A DNA stretch of 55,881 nt from Candidatus Krumholzibacteriia bacterium (GTDB lineage Bacteria > Krumholzibacteriota > Krumholzibacteriia > LZORAL124-64-63), in NCBI GenBank assembly GCA_036351155.1, contig JAZBOO010000374.1, positions 1 through 55,881 of the forward strand, given 5' to 3'. A model generated the notes under the pieces. That model was given only the letters and a program-made list of their open reading frames with translations, ran no database searches and was not told where the DNA came from. Shown in pieces: positions 53,085 to 55,881 of the stretch (positions are counted from its first letter, which is position 1; each line of letters begins with the position of its first letter). The position numbers and the translations under genes were made by a program.

Positions 53085-55198
53085 GCCACCGGCCGGCGGG
53101 ACCCTCGCGTTTTCTCATCTTGCGCCTCTTCATTCTGTCCCTGGGATTGATCCTCCTGGGGCGCGCGGTTCAGATCCAGGTGTTTCGGCACGAGGAGCTG
53201 AAGGCGCGAGCTCAGGATCTGTGGACCGATGACGAAACCTTGCCTGCTGATCGTGGCAATATCTATGACAGGAACGGCCGTCCACTTGCACTTTCGGTGA
53301 CCCGCTGGCAGGTGGGGGTGGCCCGCTCTCAGATCAAGAATACCGCCGACCTGGCCCAGAAGCTGGCCGACATCCTGGACCTGGATCGGGTGTCCCTGGA
53401 AAAGCGCCTGGGGAAAGGCCAGGGCCACGTGGTGCTGGCCAAGAACGTGGTGCTGGGGCGGGATCAGAAACTTTCCCTGGAAAGCATGCCCGCCGTCACC
53501 CTGGAAGATCTGCGCTCGCGCATCTACCCCTTCGATGGGCTGGGTGCCTCGGTGATCGGCACCTACCGGCATAGCCAGGGCCAGAACCTGTCGACGGGAA
53601 TGGAGAAGGGGCTGGACCTGGAGCTGGCCGGTAGCGCCGGACTGGCTCGCGTGATCAAGCGGGCCGGCAGCAGTGAAAGTCTGGGCAAGGTCATGCTGCA
53701 GAATCCGGTCCACGGACGCAGCCTGGTCCTGTCTCTGGATGCGGATCTGCAGGCCATCTGCGAGTCACGGCTGGCCGCAGCTGTGAAGGACAAGAACGCC
53801 AAGGGGGGTTCGCTGCTGGTCGTCGATCCCCGGACGGGCGATGTCCTGGCCGCCGCCTCCTGGCCCTTGCTGGATTCACGGGTGCGCATTCCCGGCGATC
53901 AGCGCATCTGGCAAAACACCAATTTCACCGGAGTTTTCGAGCCGGGTTCGGTGTTCAAGATCTTTTCGACGGCCTCCTTGATGCGTAACGGAGCCATCGA
54001 TACCTCGACCGTTTTCGACTGCAGCAACGGGGACATCGGGTCCTGCGTGATCCGCAACGACGACGGGCACAAGTACGGCAACCTGCCTCTGATGCGTGCC
54101 TTCACCAAGTCGTCCAACATCTATTTTGCCCGCGCCGTGGGCAATCTGAGCAACGAAGAGTTTTACCGGGACCTGGTGGATTTCGGGTTTGGCCAGAAGA
54201 CCACCCTGCCATATCCGGGCCAAGCTGATGGAATCCTGCACAATCCGACCCGGTGGTCGGACAGGTCCCGGCCCACCCTTTCGATCGGCCAGGAAATGGC
54301 CGCCACTCCCTTGCAGCTGGCCATGGCGCTCGGGGCCGTGGCCAACGGGGGCACTCTCTATGCGCCTCGGCTGGTGCGTGAAGTGCGTGATCACGAGGGT
54401 CATATCCTCGAGACACGGGACCCTGTGCCTCTGCGCAGGGTGATGTCCGAACCTCTGGCGGGATTACTGCGCGAGGCCATGCGGCGCGTGGTGGCCGAAG
54501 GGACGGCGCAAGGGGCGCGCACCGACTGGATCGAAACCGGGGGAAAAACCGGGACCGCCCAGAAGGTGACGCACCCCGGTCAGGGTTATGCTCCGGGGGC
54601 CTATGTGGCCAGCTTTGCCGGACTGGTGCCCATCGATCAGCCCCGCCTGGTGATCCTGGCGGTTCTGGACGAGCCTCAGGGATATCGACAGTACTATGCC
54701 GCTCAGAGCGCGGTTCCTCTTTTCAGTCAGGTGGTGCGTGATATCCGGCAGTCCACCGACTGGCTGGATGACGTGCCCGGCGGACGCACGGCTCCCCTGG
54801 CTCAGGCCCCGTCGGTGCGGACGGTCCGGGTTCCCGACGTGATTCACCTGAACGTGGACAAGGCGGCCGGGCGACTGTCCCGGGCCGGCCTGGGGATCAC
54901 GGGAACACCGGGCACCGGAGTGGTGGTGGAGCAAGTTCCCGCCGCAGGTTCCCAGGTGCCTTACGGGCAAACGGTGCGCCTGTCCGTGGCGGCCAGGCCG
55001 GCCGAAGCCACGGCCCCGGCACCCATCTGTCCCGACTTTCTGGGACTGAGCAATCGTCAGGTTCGCAGTCTGGCGGCGAGGCTGGGTGTGGCCCTGGATC
55101 TGGCGGGGCAAGGCTATGTGGTGAAGCAGGATCCGCCACCGGGAACGACCCTGAAAGATCGCCGGATTTCGGTACGGATGGAGGGCGCATGGCGATGA
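53081..55198 (+). CDS. ftsI: peptidoglycan D,D-transpeptidase FtsI (class B PBP) with two C-terminal PASTA domains
   Basis: TM anchor, RGNIYDRNGRPLA, SVFK (SxxK), KSSN (SxN), KTGTA (KTG). Two PASTA-like repeats: VPDVIHLNVDKAAGRLSRAGL...VVVEQVPAAGSQV and CPDFLGLSNRQVRSLAARLGV...YVVKQDPPPGTTL. Confidence 0.9.
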   Translation: MSHRPAGPSRFLILRLFILSLGLILLGRAVQIQVFRHEELKARAQDLWTDDETLPADRGNIYDRNGRPLALSVTRWQVGVARSQIKNTADLAQKLADILDLDRVSLEKRLGKGQGHVVLAKNVVLGRDQKLSLESMPAVTLEDLRSRIYPFDGLGASVIGTYRHSQGQNLSTGMEKGLDLELAGSAGLARVIKRAGSSESLGKVMLQNPVHGRSLVLSLDADLQAICESRLAAAVKDKNAKGGSLLVVDPRTGDVLAAASWPLLDSRVRIPGDQRIWQNTNFTGVFEPGSVFKIFSTASLMRNGAIDTSTVFDCSNGDIGSCVIRNDDGHKYGNLPLMRAFTKSSNIYFARAVGNLSNEEFYRDLVDFGFGQKTTLPYPGQADGILHNPTRWSDRSRPTLSIGQEMAATPLQLAMALGAVANGGTLYAPRLVREVRDHEGHILETRDPVPLRRVMSEPLAGLLREAMRRVVAEGTAQGARTDWIETGGKTGTAQKVTHPGQGYAPGAYVASFAGLVPIDQPRLVILAVLDEPQGYRQYYAAQSAVPLFSQVVRDIRQSTDWLDDVPGGRTAPLAQAPSVRTVRVPDVIHLNVDKAAGRLSRAGLGITGTPGTGVVVEQVPAAGSQVPYGQTVRLSVAARPAEATAPAPICPDFLGLSNRQVRSLAARLGVALDLAGQGYVVKQDPPPGTTLKDRRISVRMEGAWR

Positions 55199-55881
55199 CT
55201 CTGGGTCAGTTGCTCGCCCCCTGGCCGCGCCTGGCTTTGCAGGGGAATCTTGATCTGATGGTGGACCGGATCACAGTGGATTCACGGCAGGCGGGACCGG
55301 GTGCCCTGTTCGTGGCGGTGAGAGGATCGTCGGGCGACGGCCACCGCTATCTGGACAAGGTCCAGGCGACCGGATGTCAGGCCGTGATGGTGGAAGATAT
55401 CCAGGAAACCGCGGGATTCGCGGCTGTGGTCCTGGCCGACAACACCCGGGCTGTTCCGGCACTGCTGTCTCGACGGCTGGAGGGCAACCCTGACCTTTCC
55501 CTGGTCACGGCGGGCGTGACAGGAACCAATGGCAAGACGACGGTGTCCTACCTCCTGCGCCAGATGCTCGGACACCTGCATGGGCCTTGCGGTCTGATCG
55601 GCACCATCAACTACGACGATGGCGTGCAGACGGAGCCGGCTCCCCTGACCACCCCCGGCGGCACGGTGTTCTACCACTGGCTGGGACGCATGCGTGACCA
55701 CCGGTGCGGCAGTGTGGCCATGGAAATCTCCAGTCACGCCCTGGATCAGGATCGCACCGCCGGCCTGGGGCTGGACGTGGCGATCATGACCAACCTGGGG
55801 CGGGACCATCTGGACTACCATCAAGACCTGGAGCAGTATCTGCAGGCCAAGGCGGGCATCATCAGCTTGTTGCGTGCCGAG
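55195..55881 (+). CDS. murE: UDP-N-acetylmuramoyl-L-alanyl-D-glutamate--2,6-diaminopimelate ligase, 3' end outside window
   Basis: Open frame to the window end, so absent from the ORF track. ITVDSRQAGPGALFVAVRGSSGDGHRYL, VTGTNGKTT, MEISSHALDQDR, MTNLGRDHLDYH. ATG 55195 overlaps the ftsI stop (ATG 55189 also in frame). Confidence 0.9.
   Translation, partial: MTLGQLLAPWPRLALQGNLDLMVDRITVDSRQAGPGALFVAVRGSSGDGHRYLDKVQATGCQAVMVEDIQETAGFAAVVLADNTRAVPALLSRRLEGNPDLSLVTAGVTGTNGKTTVSYLLRQMLGHLHGPCGLIGTINYDDGVQTEPAPLTTPGGTVFYHWLGRMRDHRCGSVAMEISSHALDQDRTAGLGLDVAIMTNLGRDHLDYHQDLEQYLQAKAGIISLLRAE

Overview
GC-rich bacterial chromosomal segment with strong GC3 bias, so long antisense shadow ORFs are common. 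It is almost entirely coding. I saw no integrase, transposase, CRISPR array or rRNA. All family calls come from reading motifs by eye; no searches were run.

Gene order:
(1) 1-6.6 kb: housekeeping block spoVG / tRNA-Gln / prs / rplY(ctc) / pth, then rpsF / rpsR / DUF2232 / rplI, then a mannose-1-P guanylyltransferase.
(2) 6.6-13.7 kb: a ~190-nt palindromic element, then envelope genes: parvulin PPIase lipoprotein, DUF2914-like protein, LpoA-like TPR+PBP lipoprotein, and on the minus strand a TonB-like protein coupled to a two-domain amidase.
(3) 13.9-23.2 kb: selA, a SPOR-domain membrane protein, smc, ftsY and an unrecognisable 447-aa ORF.
(4) 23.25-28.3 kb: FMN riboswitch plus ribD-ribE-ribBA-ribH, a DinB-like gene, a terminator and nusB.
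(5) 28.3-50.4 kb: a 22-kb same-strand, tightly overlapping glycan/glycosylation array ending in a clean intrinsic terminator. It holds a MTase, GT4, a UPF0104 flippase-like protein, a DUF2723 GT-C, an epimerase, a GtrB-like GT2, a GT2, a YfhO GT-C, a Ppm1-like synthase, a GT2 fused to a degenerate WbaP-like module, a T9SS-tailed beta-propeller, PglF/PglE-like enzymes, a FemAB-like protein and Wzx.
(6) 50.4-55.9 kb: start of the dcw cluster, mraZ / STAS-like ORF / rsmH / ftsL / ftsI (with PASTA) / murE (3' truncated).

TonB and a T9SS sorting tail suggest a diderm, possibly of the FCB-type radiation (inference only).

The most interesting candidates are the glycosylation supercluster, which pairs two lipid-P-sugar synthases with two unrelated GT-C enzymes, and the STAS-like ORF inserted in the dcw operon. 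Others are the pseudo-ATPase-SPOR fusion, the amidase with a dead second domain, the orphan 447-aa protein and the palindromic element.
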